NCBI RefSeq assembly: GCF_964204645.1 | Contig: NC_134035.1 | Location: forward strand, 2,480,001 to 2,544,000 | DNA: 64,000 bases | Reading direction: 5' to 3' | Source: Tubulanus polymorphus | Lineage: Eukaryota > Animalia > Nemertea | Shown here: positions 1-12,546 of the stretch, piece by piece | Numbering within the stretch: the stretch's first letter is position 1 | Layout: every line of letters starts with the position of its first letter | The notes under the pieces: generated by a model | The model's database searches: none | What the model saw: only the letters and a program-made list of their open reading frames with translations | What the model was told of the DNA's origin: nothing | Made by a program: the position numbers and the translations under genes

Positions 1-1556
1 TCATAGGGTGACAGCCCTGAATGTCGAATATTCGCGTGCATGTACAAATGGTATCTGTCACTATATGAATCGAAGTCCGGAGATGTCGCAGTAAAAGTAA
101 AGTGCCGTATCGTTTTCCAAACCGGCAGGTGTATCGAATGCGAATATAACGTCTGCGTACTAATATTCTTGGAAAGGAAATAACACTTTTAGGCGATACT
201 TTACGCGGAATAGTGGAAGGATATGATATTATATATGTATATATATTCTAATACGATTAGTTAAATTTTAGTTGAGTCAGGATTTAATTGAAAGAAGGTG
301 AAAATTCTGTAACACGGAATTTATTTCGTTAAGAAGGTGAACATGATATTTACGCGGAGTTTGGTTTTATAGCCGAGATTTCGTAATTAGAGCTTTTAAT
401 TCGGTACTTTTAGTTTAATAATTGAAATCTATATTATGCATAATCATTATGGGCAGGCCTATATTCCTATTAGGTATTTACAACAACTTACCTATTGAGT
501 TGAACTTAAAAAACTTACATCACTTAGAAAGCAGATTCCAGAAATCGACGCCTCTGATTCACTGTGGTCGTCATTGCTCTAATATCGTTGTGAATCCGGT
601 CTACGCAAAGTATGAATTTCAGTCACTTGTGTGTCTTTGTCGACCGAAAAAATCCATACGAAACTTCACCCTTTTTCGCGGTTTCATTTCTGAAATTTAT
701 TCGACCATCGGTCATCGCCACGACGACAGTCTCGATCGAGGACGGAATCGGTAAAAATCCTCGGCGCTTCTCAATAGCGCAGTACGACCATTTAATTAGT
801 TTTCATTCATACAGTAAGCTTACACGGCGCTCCTAATCACTAGTTTCCGTGTTTATGAATACGATACGTGTGATAGATGTGTTGTTAAGAAAGGTTAGAG
901 ATCTGTTTTGAAACGTATAGTTGTTATGTTCTTCTATTTACCTCGGTTGTTGACGCCGAACTACGAGCTGCCAGCTGTTTCTTATCGGAGCCCGCCGTTC
1001 GAACGCGTTCCCTAAATCATAAACGATCGAATGATTTTCAACCATCTGTCATCAACGCGACGATTCTCGATGTTATTCCCTTTGTAGACATTCGTAGTTT
1101 TCATATTTTTCCCGAGTTTCCTGTGTGCGGCGACGCGCGTCTCGTTTCTGTAGCCTCGACGCGCAGACGTCGTCACAAACGGCAAAGTGACACCGTTTAA
1201 CGGTTTCGAGATGATTTGATCTACTTCACCGCGGAAATCCGCGTAACCGATTCCGCGAAAGCTCTCTAGTGGATGCCGTGATTGTTACGCGGTCTCTAAA
1301 TCATGGGCATCTCGATACCGGGACGATAGTACCTACTTATATCGCCTGCGTAGTAATCCAGCTCGGGGTAGATCGCGGTTAGATTCGAGCATATCCAGCG
1401 TGAAAAGTGTGTACGGCGCTCGCGGCCGTCAAGCGATCATAAATCTATCGCAGATGCAGTTCCGTCACGTACCGCGCCGATGCAACGCGTTTCTATGGAA
1501 ACCGTTGGGCGTTTTTCAGGTGATAATGCACTCGTAAGATGAAGACTTTACGCACG

Positions 1557-1570
1557 CGTGACGTCACGTG
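1557..1570. promoter_or_regulatory. Composite CRE (TGACGTCA) / E-box (CACGTG) palindrome; probable promoter of a gene running off the left edge
   Basis: Sequence CGTGACGTCACGTG contains a perfect 12-bp palindrome at 1557-1568. It lies at the edge of a CpG-rich 0.5-1.5 kb region with minus-strand donor-like sites (near 820, 940, 1337). No coding exon recognised. Confidence 0.4.
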
Positions 1571-3384
1571 TTTATATTCAAGGCGAGATAAGAAATGGCG
1601 ATGTAGTTTTTAACGCCCGAAAAACCGTTGAAATAAGGTTCAAAATGATACCTTTATTCTCATAATCGGCCGGGTCATTTTGTAAAAAATAAACTTTCAA
1701 TAACACCTGGTCTGTTATGGTTAGCTTGATCATGATTTTGAAAAAAGTAATGTACAGGATAGAAAGGCGGCCGGGTGAACTTTTAAACTCAGCAGAGTGG
1801 AGAAACAAAGTATCTCACTTCGCGTCTGATGGTCTTCACATTCCTGCGTTGTTTCGCATCTCGGAAATCTGTTGTAAATCACCGATATTTTTGAAAAAGA
1901 ATAGAAAAGGAATAGAAAAATATGTTTAAATATAGTGTCGCGTTGTCATTATTTTCATATCATTTTATTGTATATATCGCAATACGATAAAAAAGGAAAG
2001 ATATAGAAATAAGATAAGCATAGTAGATAATTCTGTATTCAACATATACAGTTTTATGAATATATGGAAATAATGCTTTTTTTGATGTATATACTTGATA
2101 AATAACACAGCTGTTTGAGATGCCTCTCTCTGGCAACACGACCGAGTCGGTGCCCATTCATTTTTACAATACGAAGTTCCCGCGAACACTGCCATGAAAA
2201 AGTTTCGGGGGCCAGTAGTTCAAAGGCTGGTAACTGAGACATACTTTGAGACGGCCTTAGAGACCAGTTTCGACTCGTAGCGAACGCCAATGACTGAATC
2301 AACGGCGGGTTTGAACGTGGTCGAAATACAATCGGCGAGCTTTTGAAAAAACACATTAACATTGGTCGAACGTAATTTTGAATAACTAATCACAGTCACA
2401 TTCGACGTTGAACATTTTTAATCGTTTTGTTTTACATTTCTATCGACAATCTTTCATTGAGCATTTCTAGGTTTCATCTAAATGCAATGTGCAGGAGTTG
2501 GAGGATTTGAAATCGATATCCAATTTTTACTATAACTAATATCGGTAGTTTTATTACTCGTCCGTATCTAATTTTCTCACGAACAAATTTTCAAATTTCC
2601 TACGTATTTCTTTTTGGATTTCAAATTCAAAGATGTTCGGACAATATTGAAGAATAGATTGTAATCTAAATACACCAGGCACCAGCAACGAGTACAACAA
2701 AAATCGTTTGCTTGAAGATGCTATCAATCGGAAATTAGAAACTGAACTGACGGGTTCCAATACTACGCACGCTCCATCTTTCTTATCGAAATTAATAATC
2801 GAAAAAAAATATACATAAGGATCATAAGAAAGATGGAAATGCTTATAGCCTTTCAACCTGTGTGCCCCTGTATCCGGCAGGTGTGGTCGGTTTGTTCGAA
2901 GGGACACAGCTCAAAATCATTTCATCAAATAGATATGAGGTAGAGCATTATTTTATCAACAGTGTGATAGCTCTGTACTACCGAAAAAAAATCTCTGAAC
3001 TCAATTAGAAGCCTGTTATGCGTGTACGAACTTAGGCATGATCTGGTGAGTCGGTTTAGTTAATTTTTGATGACAATTTCGTATGACAGGAAGCTTTCTA
3101 TAGTTATTAGTTGAATTCTAAAGTCATTAGTTGAATTCTAAAGAGTTGTTTTAACGTTGATTCTTTCGAATCGGAATTTTCCCCTTATTACGCGTGTTCA
3201 CCCCCCCCCCCCTGATTCAGATTCCGTATGAAATAGCTTATAAACATCTATACATCTAAATTCAGTGGTATACGGTATTTTTTTTTTCGTACATGCGTTA
3301 TAAGCAAATGTAACTGGATAAAGAATGTGAGCAAATATAAAAACGTCGCCGAAACGAATGCAGATTATTATACGGAAACGTTTT

Positions 3385-6300
3385 CTACATTCGTCCTACG
3401 TGCTTCATTTCCCTTTCCATTTGACATACGGCGCACGGTGTACAGCAGTAAAATTGCAGTCCATCTTTGCAGATCGTTCCCTGAAATTATGAATACGCCG
3501 CATACAGTAAATTCGCAACATTCATTTCACGAATCAAAATATATAAGTTAGCTAGTTAAGATGATTTTTGATGCCGTTACAATAATGACTTGATAAATAC
3601 AATGATAACTACTACGCGTTTCTTTGGTATGATAGTGTAAGTAGATGTGCACCACGTCATCAATATCGGGGGTTGCCGGTCAATTCAATTTTTCGAATTC
3701 AAATTTCAAATTCAAAATTATTTTAATCGGAAGGATCACGCTTAGTAATAATACCTGAATGCCATTTTCTAGTCGCATTTTGGTCCTCATTGCCAGAGGG
3801 GCGCCTGGGCAACACACCGGAGCACAGCAGTGTTCACCTTGGGCAGTACTGATTCGGCATAGCGTACACGGTAGACAAAACAAGCCGCAACAACCTATGA
3901 TAATAATGTATTATTCATGTCAATTTAGAAATCGAGATCAAGTCAATAGTGGATTATGAAAACGTCATTTTCCACTTGGAAAAAAAATCGTGTTTCTATG
4001 TCATTCGGGAACACGGGAGATATTTGAAAATTTTCGGAACGAATATTTGAGAACGAAATCAAACACTTGAACTGCGTAAATACAGATAAGTTTCATGGTC
4101 GAGATTTTCGTACACAAAGGAAGGTTATGTTTAGCCGGTGTCTTTGAAATTAAGGGCACTGGGTAACCCGTGTCGAGTCATCCACAGGTGATATAGTATC
4201 CAGACCACAAAGCAAGAAAAGAACGTTTCCGAGACCGACTATGAATGCAATTAATTAGTTCTGTAAGTCGGTCGGTGACCTTTTTTGCGGTCGTTTATCA
4301 CGACAAGGACCGTCGTTTAATGTCTACGTCAGGTCGCGTCCTCGCGGTCGTGATTGCGGTACCATTTATAAACGTCGACTTGATTTGACGGGACGATTAT
4401 TCTCTCGTAACGGCACATAACGACGTAATTATTGACGGTAATGAAGGCGCGCTATGAGAGCTCGGTGTTTCTGAATCTATACCACCGCCTATTATCTATC
4501 TATAGCCTATATTACAATAATATGCAGCACGTATACGAAGTTGCAGAATAGACGCAACCTTTTTGTTTGGTGAACGTTTTGCAGGGTTATCAGATATCCA
4601 GGGTATAAAAAGACTCTTCAATTGGTACCGGTGGTGGTTGTTGGTGCATATAGTACCTCGCTGAAACCAGTGCATATAGCAATTAAGATGTAGGGACAAA
4701 GCTGTTCTGAAAATGCCAAAAAGGATGGCCAAAAACTATTGTCAGAGTCCAACAGTTGCTAGTTTGAGATTGATGGCCCTTTTATACCGGAGCACGGCCT
4801 TAAAAGCATTAAGTTGAAACGATTCGCATAGGTATTTCTTTGTTATGTGGATTTTTTCATCAACAGGAAAGAGGTGGCCAGTTTTTTTAATTCCATCAAC
4901 TATGGATGCGGATGTATATACATACTTGAAACATGCCTGATCGTTGGGTAAGCATTTCGGTATTCGATTGCGGTTCCGTTTTACACAATGAACGTTGCGA
5001 AATTCTCTTATTGAGGTTTTTTGTTTCATACTTACACACTTTCACGTCGTCGCAACAAGCCAGTAACCCGCTCGACCAATCCCTGGAACCTTGCTGCACC
5101 ACGCGGACCGTAGTGGTCGGTTGTGACGTCACTACGGTAGTCGTGGTGGTCCTAGATAAAAAGTGATAATTCTTTTCGAATATTTAGAATAATGGTAAAT
5201 GTATCGGGGGGGGGGGGCAATTTTATAGACTGGGGGACACTCCGCGGATAATTCAGTTTCGATTGAGTTAATTGCCAGATTGAAATTACTGCTAGTCTAT
5301 AGAACCAGCACCTGATGTTTTACTACCAACTACAACTCATTGAAAAAAGTCAGAAAATGCAGAGGCGGAGCTAGAAAAATATGGATGGCAATTTTCAGAT
5401 GAAAACAGCCCTTTCATATGCTACTATCGGGGTCCCACCCTCGTTATTAGATATTCGCGAAGAAATAACGTCTGAAAATATGCAACATCCGAAAGAATGA
5501 GTTTTAGCGATCTCTGTCTCGATGAAAAGGGCCGCCTCAGTGGTGACCCCTGAGACCACTCCCTAAATCCGTCCGAGCGTATAGGTTTATTGTGAACGTG
5601 AAATTTCTTCATTCACAACGATGCGCGACGAGGTAACGATAGATTGATCTAACCGGACCAATAAAACATTATAGAGTTTCAGATGACGCTTCTTCAGTCC
5701 AAACAGAAAAAACACATTGAAAACCTACATTCAATGTATATAAATGTAATCTGATGTAATCTTTGTATTGTATATAATTGTTATTTTGAAGTGAAGATAA
5801 ATTCATATTCATATTCAATATCTATTTTCAAAACGGTGAATGAGAAAGATATATCTAATATAAAAGCTGGCATATTAGGAAGATTATTCGCATGAATTTT
5901 AGTTTTTGGCGCGAGAACTTCAAGCGAACTACACGCCCTGTGTTAAATCGATCGGTTACTCTGATTGGCGCGATCACTCACCTTTTCGACGTGTAAGGCA
6001 TAGTTGATTTTTAAATCCGTATAGTCTTTGTAAACACGAGTGTTTTAAGTTTGCTTTTGCTGCGAAGCTTTTTCTGCAATGGCGTGTACCGCGCGCGCGC
6101 GATGAGAGAGAGAGAGAGAGAGGCATTAGGAGGCGTTGGCCAGACGTAATAATAATCACGTAAACACGATTGCGGAATGTGTGGCCCAGATCAGCCTCTC
6201 ATGTTGACATTGTTTTCAACCTACGCTTAATATGTTGTATTACGTGTATTTACTTTCGCGAGAAAAATCTCGATGAAAATAGGCGCTCGTTGTAGCGTTC

Positions 6301-6719
6301 AAGAACTCGGGTGAGTGTTTGTTAGAAGGTATAGCCTAGGTTATGCAAATATCTACCGATTAGGGCGTTGGCGAAGCCTCCCGCGAAAGCTTCAGAGTAT
6401 TTGGAAATATCCGCAAAGTATTCACCACTATTTAGGGAGTTTCGCTGCCCATGTGCACCTTTATTATATTGCACCCGATTCTTAATGTCAGAATCTTTTT
6501 TCTCGTTTCGTAGAATTGGTGTAGGTGATATACGGAAAAAGAACTTAGAATATAAATCGAGCGAAAATGCAAATTTGAAATAGATTATCGTAGAAAAGAT
6601 TTTTCCGATATAAATGAATCTCCCTGCTACAAATGAGTATAATCTCTTTCAATTATGAGAAGTTTTTAAAAGTTTAAAAGTTTTTTTATCACATACCTTT
6701 CAGAATATTGCGCGGCCAT
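3385..6719 (-). CDS. Cornifelin/PLAC8-family cysteine-rich protein, copy A (124 aa)
   Basis: Exons 6719-6697, 5151-5036, 3894-3755, 3480-3385, all GT-AG with consistent phases (375 nt). Protein MAAQYSERTTTTTVVTSQP...WSSGLLACCDDVKVCCCGLFCLPCTLCRIS...LAMRTKMRLENGIQGTICKDGLQFYCCTPCAVCQMEREMKHVGRM has the PLAC8 motifs W-S-S-G-L-x-x-C, C-x-P-C, R-T-x-x-R and C-x-x-C-Q-x-x-R-E. Confidence 0.93.
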
Positions 6720-8600
6720 GGTGCGTGGTGAGTTGTACTGATCGCCGGTCCTAGGAGGAATACGCCCGCTATTCACGGCGATCTAGACCAGTTGACAATA
6801 TTGAGGCGCTGTTCTTTATCTAGACAGTCATATCATTATTATATTAATGATAATTGTATCTGGGACACGGCATGTCCCAGATACATTTTTGGATGCATAA
6901 CTAATGTATATTTGATTCCGATCGGAGCGACCTAATTTACCTAAGGTGTAATTATTGTCGATGGTAAATCAAACACTTTGACTTCGACAAACACACGTTT
7001 TATTGACAATTCATGCGCTGGCAAAATTTTCAATTTTTCAAAGCGGGCCATCGCGGCAAAGTAGACATGCAAAAATATATATACCTACTAAGAATAGACG
7101 ATCACTGAAAGCCTTCATTATAAACTTTTTTGGCGAAATCGCGAAATGAGCAATTTAAGTTACAGAATTCTCTTTAATTCTGGTTTTTCGTCGGTATCGT
7201 TTTCCTTTATCAGAAAAGTGTTCAGAAATTAATCGCAATCTTTCGTGGAAACCAATTCCTAAATCGCGACGGTAATAGATTTTGGGGCGAATCTAAAACG
7301 GGTCAGAAATTATATCAGGATGATAACCTAATAACAGAAATAATGCGACCGATGACAAAAAATAATTTGGTGCCGGTGCCACATTTTTTCATCAGTCAAA
7401 TTAGTCCACAATTCTATGTGAATCCAAATTGCATTGAGTGCGAACTCTCTGATTTTCTGTGTTAGTCGACTATTTGCGGACCAAGTGAGACCGAATGTCA
7501 TTTAGTCGGGACTATGGTCCGGAAATGGTCCACCAGAGGATCGACCACGGTCGCTGTAGTTCGGACTAAGTTCCAAGATGGCCGTAACTGTGAAACATTT
7601 AACGACTGAACTATAGTGCGTTCGGTTATCTGTTCCGAACACTAGTCGACTAAAGCCGCGATCCCGCGAGCATTTTTGGCCCGGGCTAAATTTGGCCCGT
7701 GCCAAAATTACACCTTTGTCGTCCAAAATCATCGGGATATATTTTCCTTCGCGATGCCCGTTCTGAAGACAACAAACGGCGAATTCTTGACGCCTTTTCC
7801 AAAGGGTCTCATTTCAAACAATACAACTGTTAAATCACGATTATTACTTTTTATATTTTTTCATTATCACTGTCCTAACAAAAATGTAAAAATAAGCATA
7901 TGATTAATGGTTAAGCTCCGTGGTACCGGTATAAGGGAAATCACAGCAAAACTTACTTACACTAACTTATTCATTCTAGATTTGAAACTTATTCTTGATA
8001 GTTATTGGCCGGATATAGCATTTACATAATAAGGCGATGTATAGAAACCTCAGGATCAGCCATTATTAAATAATTTACTGATTGTCCGTACGAAGTAACC
8101 TTTTTGAGAATGGAATATTAAGATATGATTCATTTTTATAACTAAGCGCTGGCATAGATATCGTTACGATCTAAAATGTTCAATTTATCGAATGACCTAC
8201 CGAAAAATAATGGTATATTTGTATCTAGATATGGTGTTCAAAATCAGCCGTAGTACATTATGAATATATATTTTTTCTGTTGGCTGATGTTAAGGGTCAT
8301 TTGCAATGTGTTTTGACGAGCATAAGTTTTCTTCCGAGCAAGTTCAACCGAACGAGCTAACGAACAACATTTAGGTTCGAAAACGATTGTCAAAATTATC
8401 TAATTTTTTGGTGCCTTGAAATACGATAAATTCAACTTGTTTATAACGCTGAGAAAAAATTCCAAATGGCCCTTGACATAATAATATTGTCCTCGTTATA
8501 TTGTAAAGACGTTGTATTCGCTAGGTAAGCAATGGCTGCTTGATATTAAGTATATGGGTATATCTAAACGGCGTCGAGGCGAAGACGAACACGAAATCTT

Positions 8601-10196
8601 TTACATCCGTCCGGCATTTTTCAGTTCTCTTTCCATTTGACAAACGGCGCAAAGGGTGCAGCATTGCAATGCGCACGCATCACCGCAGATACTTCCCTGG
8701 AAGGAAAGTATGCATTAGATTTCGAAAACGCTTTCAACGATACAAAATATCTATTTGTAAATACTATTTACAATATACCAGTTACCCAGTTGCATTTTCG
8801 TGACCATATATACATATATTTATTTCGTAAATAAAATTTACAATAGAGTCACAGGAAAAGATTACATATCATACATCATATCATATATTTCATATACGTA
8901 GATTAAACTAGAACGTAACATTTATCTTTATGAGATTGAGAAATTGATCTCAAAACTGGTTGTATAAGGCATGTTTTGCTGTTGAACCAAATGGGCCGAT
9001 ATGAATTTTACGTCACTATGTGCAACAGCCCCGAACTCGTAGTACTTACCTGAATATCGTGTTCCACTCTTAGTTTTGTCCTCAGCGCCAGTAGACCGCC
9101 CGGGCAGCATATCGGGGCACATGCATTCTCGTGCATACCAGAACTGATTCGACATAAAGTGCACGGAAAACAGAAATAACCGCAAATGCCTGTGAAATAA
9201 AAGTTAATCATGATTGTACCAGAAATCACTAAAACTTGTAAAGTATAGTAATATTTTTCCTAATTTGCATACATGATTCTTAATTGAATATCTATTTTAA
9301 TACGTTTGATTGAAAAAAACGTTTTGTTTTTCGTATTTTGAACTGAAGTATCTGTACATTACGATGGACACTTACATACGCCACAATCGTCACAGCAACC
9401 CAGTAAACCAGTCGACCAGTTATTGGTTCCCTGGTGCACTTTGTGCGCGTTCATCGGTTGCGTCGTCACTACGACCGTTCTAGATAGAAAAGCAGCGAGA
9501 AGTAATCGAAGAAATGATAACTCGGCTAAAAGGGCTCAGTAGGAATTTGAATAAGTGTGTATAAGCCCGCACGTCGCCAAATCCGAAAATGATCTGAAGC
9601 ACCACCAATGCATATGCCGCATACATTACAGTCAATTTACTATTTTATCTTGTTGTGTTGTTAGATGTTTCGACTTTAAGCAAGGTAAATTTGCAAACAG
9701 ACAGTAATGCAGTTAAATAGAGTTCTGGTGATAAGTACATATTTCATATTGTCGCGATATCGCACGTTGTAAGAGCCTGCAGTTCCGAAACTGTAAATTA
9801 TTAGAAATTCCTAGAATTCTGTTTCATATTTAGAAGTAGTTGGAGAGTGCGTCGGTATTTGCAAAAATTCTTCAAGAAACATATCCTTATTTGTTCGTTT
9901 CGTGTTTCGTATAGTCAGTATCCGTTATTTTGTATATGAAATCGAGGATGCTTCGCCCGACAAACGAATCGAAAAATTGATGATGCGAAAAACTATTTTG
10001 AAATATCTTTTAGAAATGATTTTGAAATCGGAAATTGAAGAACCATTGTCCCGTTATCTAAAATGCGGTGGTGAATATTCGTGTTTTGCCGCATAAAAAC
10101 TGCTAATTATGTAGAAAAAAACCAAAATTCGCCGAGAAATTTCGTATTTCTTCTTTTAAAAAGAAAAACCCACCTTTGATGAGTTGTAGTAGTCAT
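8601..10196 (-). CDS. Cornifelin/PLAC8-family protein, copy B (120 aa)
   Basis: Exons 10196-10174, 9479-9376, 9189-9050, 8696-8601 (363 nt, GT-AG, same phases as copy A): MTTTTHQRTVVVTTQP...NWSTGLLGCCDDCGVC...LRTKLRVEHDIQGSICGDACALQCCTLCAVCQMERELKNAGRM. Confidence 0.93.
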
Positions 10197-10559
10197 GACG
10201 ATGTTGAACCGGTGTTATACGCGAGGAATACGCCTGCTTATGGGGAATTTCTTTATCAGGTGACGAATAGTCGCGTTATTTTCCATATCTCTCGAGTGTC
10301 GCGTACATACGGGACCCGACGCGCGTTCTAAAGGTAGTTTTTTAAACGCATTTGTTTGTATTAGATATTTATCGATATTCGGTTTGTAATTCACTTGGTA
10401 AATCGATCGTCGCATTAACTAAATACACATGTTCATTTCACGCATGTTCGTAAATAATTCATTTTCAATCCAAAGCAGGCTGGGGGTGTTGGGGGTATAT
10501 ACATCGAGCTATTCCTGGACGCGCGGTTGACAAATACTTGAAAAAGTATAGTTTTCAGG

Positions 10560-10920
10560 TCGCCATAGAGATTGAATACATGACACATTTACATAAGAAG
10601 TGAAGCCTTTATTGTTAAAAAAGAAATCTCTTCAGTTTTTTTAAATAAAAATTGAAGGCTTTGAATGAAGTATTTCGATATGGGAATCAATCCATCGCGT
10701 TTGTCATTCTGAAATATTGTACGTCACGTTTATTTGTGGTTAGTTCGCAGAATCCCTTCGGAGGGGCGTTGAACACCAGGCAAGCGCTTATGAATTGTCT
10801 TACGAGTTCGAACCTTTAAAGAAACGACTGCGTTGTTTATTTTCTGCGATTAGAAAACATTGCAGTCGTTTCTATATGGCGTGTACCGATATCAACTTGT
10901 CCGTCCCAGGCGTCCGTCCG
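10560..10920. repeat. Upstream block duplicated between cornifelin copies B and C (partner ~16140-16570)
   Basis: Near-identical tracts such as AAAAATTGAAGGCTT.GAATGAAGTATTTCGATATGGGAATCAATCCATC and TTGAACACCAGG.AAGCGCTTATGAATTGTCTTACGAGTT occur in both places. Confidence 0.85.
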
Positions 10921-11265
10921 TGGTGTACATTATTTGCTGTATATCTAATCGTCAATATGGTGTCGTTGAATTAACCTCTTTAAGAACGGAGATGGAATTA
11001 AGAGCAAGATAGGCTATGGATTAATTTGTATAACTGGATGCTGGCGTTGCTGTATCTATGAATGAAAGTTGTCAATTTATCTCAAAACCTATAGAAAATA
11101 ATAGTTATATCTGTATCTAGATATGGTGTTCGAGTGGCTGGTGATTTGGTTTATTCGCAATGTCCGTGTTATACTTTTTATTCGCAAAGTAAAGCAACAT
11201 AAGCTTGATATTAAGTATAGGAGTGTATCTAAACGGCGTCGAGGCGAAGACGAACACGAAATCTT

Positions 11266-11511
11266 TTACATCCGTCCGGCATTTTTCAATTCTCTTTCCA
11301 TTTGACGAACGGCGTAGATGGTTAAGTGCCAAAGTACGCACACATCTTCGCAGACACTTCCCTGGAAGAAAATTGGCATAGCATTTTTAACGTTTTAAAA
11401 CTAGTCGTCGTAACCAAACGGGCTTAAACAGGAATTTCATGTTATTGACTATGTGCCCCAGCCCCGAGCTCACACTGCTTACCCGAATGTCGTGTTCTAC
11501 TCTGAGTTTCG
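11266..11511 (-). pseudogene. Cornifelin/PLAC8 remnant (internal-deletion derivative): last ~10 codons of exon 3 plus an intact terminal exon
   Basis: Terminal exon 11361-11266 (GSVCEDVCVLWHLTIYAVRQMERELKNAGRM*) with a TTCCAG acceptor. Exon-3 tail AKLRVEHDIR|GTAAG at ~11511-11483 is joined directly to sequence (11520-11800) resembling the region upstream of copy C (15650-15960). Exons 1-2 not found. Confidence 0.8.
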
Positions 11512-12546
11512 CCGCATTCAAGTCGGAATTGTCAGAAAAATTCGAAGCGTGGAGTCTGATTTATCAAATTAGCAAATTAATAAGCAAATTTACCTGCCTA
11601 TTTTGGATAAATTGATCTTCGAATACGTTCGATACTCGACTCTGTATTTGTGTGTACGTTCGAATAAGAAAATTTAATTTCCTTTCGAATTTTGGAGATG
11701 TGATATTGAAAATTATTCCAGATGTCTGTGAACCTGATAAGCGCTTTGTCTAACGATTTTGAACTTTATCGAGCAACGACGGTTTTTTTCTATATATTCA
11801 TGTTTTCGAACTGACGGATGCAATCGTCCTATATAAGTTCAGTGAGTATCAGACAAAATATTTCGTCGCCTTCGAAACACGTATATACATCAGCGCGGTC
11901 CGCGACGCTTTTTCGAGAGAAGATTATCTTGAAAGTCACGCATCAAAGCTAAAACTGTAATATAAACTAAGCTGAAACTGTAATATATTGGAATTATTAC
12001 TTTATATATTATTATCACAGTCCTCCTGAGAAAAAATTGTAAAAATAAGCATATCACTTACGGTATATAAAATCACAGCAAAGCTTATGTCATTTGTTTT
12101 TAGTTCATTCTAGATTTGAAATTGGCGTTTACGTAATAAAGTCATGTAGAAACTTTAGAACCTATCCTACAAATTATTTACTGTATCAATTCGTCAATAT
12201 GGTGTCGTTGAATTAACCTTTTTGGGATGGACTTTAGAGCAAGATAGGCTATGAATCAACTTTGATAACTGGATGCTGCTGTTGCTGTATCTATGAATGA
12301 AAATTATCGTTATATCTGTATCTAGATGTGAAGTTCGATACGACGATGTGCATAAAACATAAATATACATAAATATATATTTTCTAAAGTGGCTGATGAT
12401 TTGGGTTATTCCCAATGTATTCAACATATCAGTATTGTCCGCGTTATATTTGTAAAGACGTTGTATTCGCTAGGTAAGCAATGGCTGCTTGATATTAAGT
12501 ACAGGAGTATATCTAAACGTGAACTGAAGTCGAACACGGGATCTTT

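Noticed and set aside
422-836. 110-aa and 74-aa ORFs as genes
   Set aside because: The longer ORF starts at TTG, neither has a recognisable domain, and no exon structure supports them.
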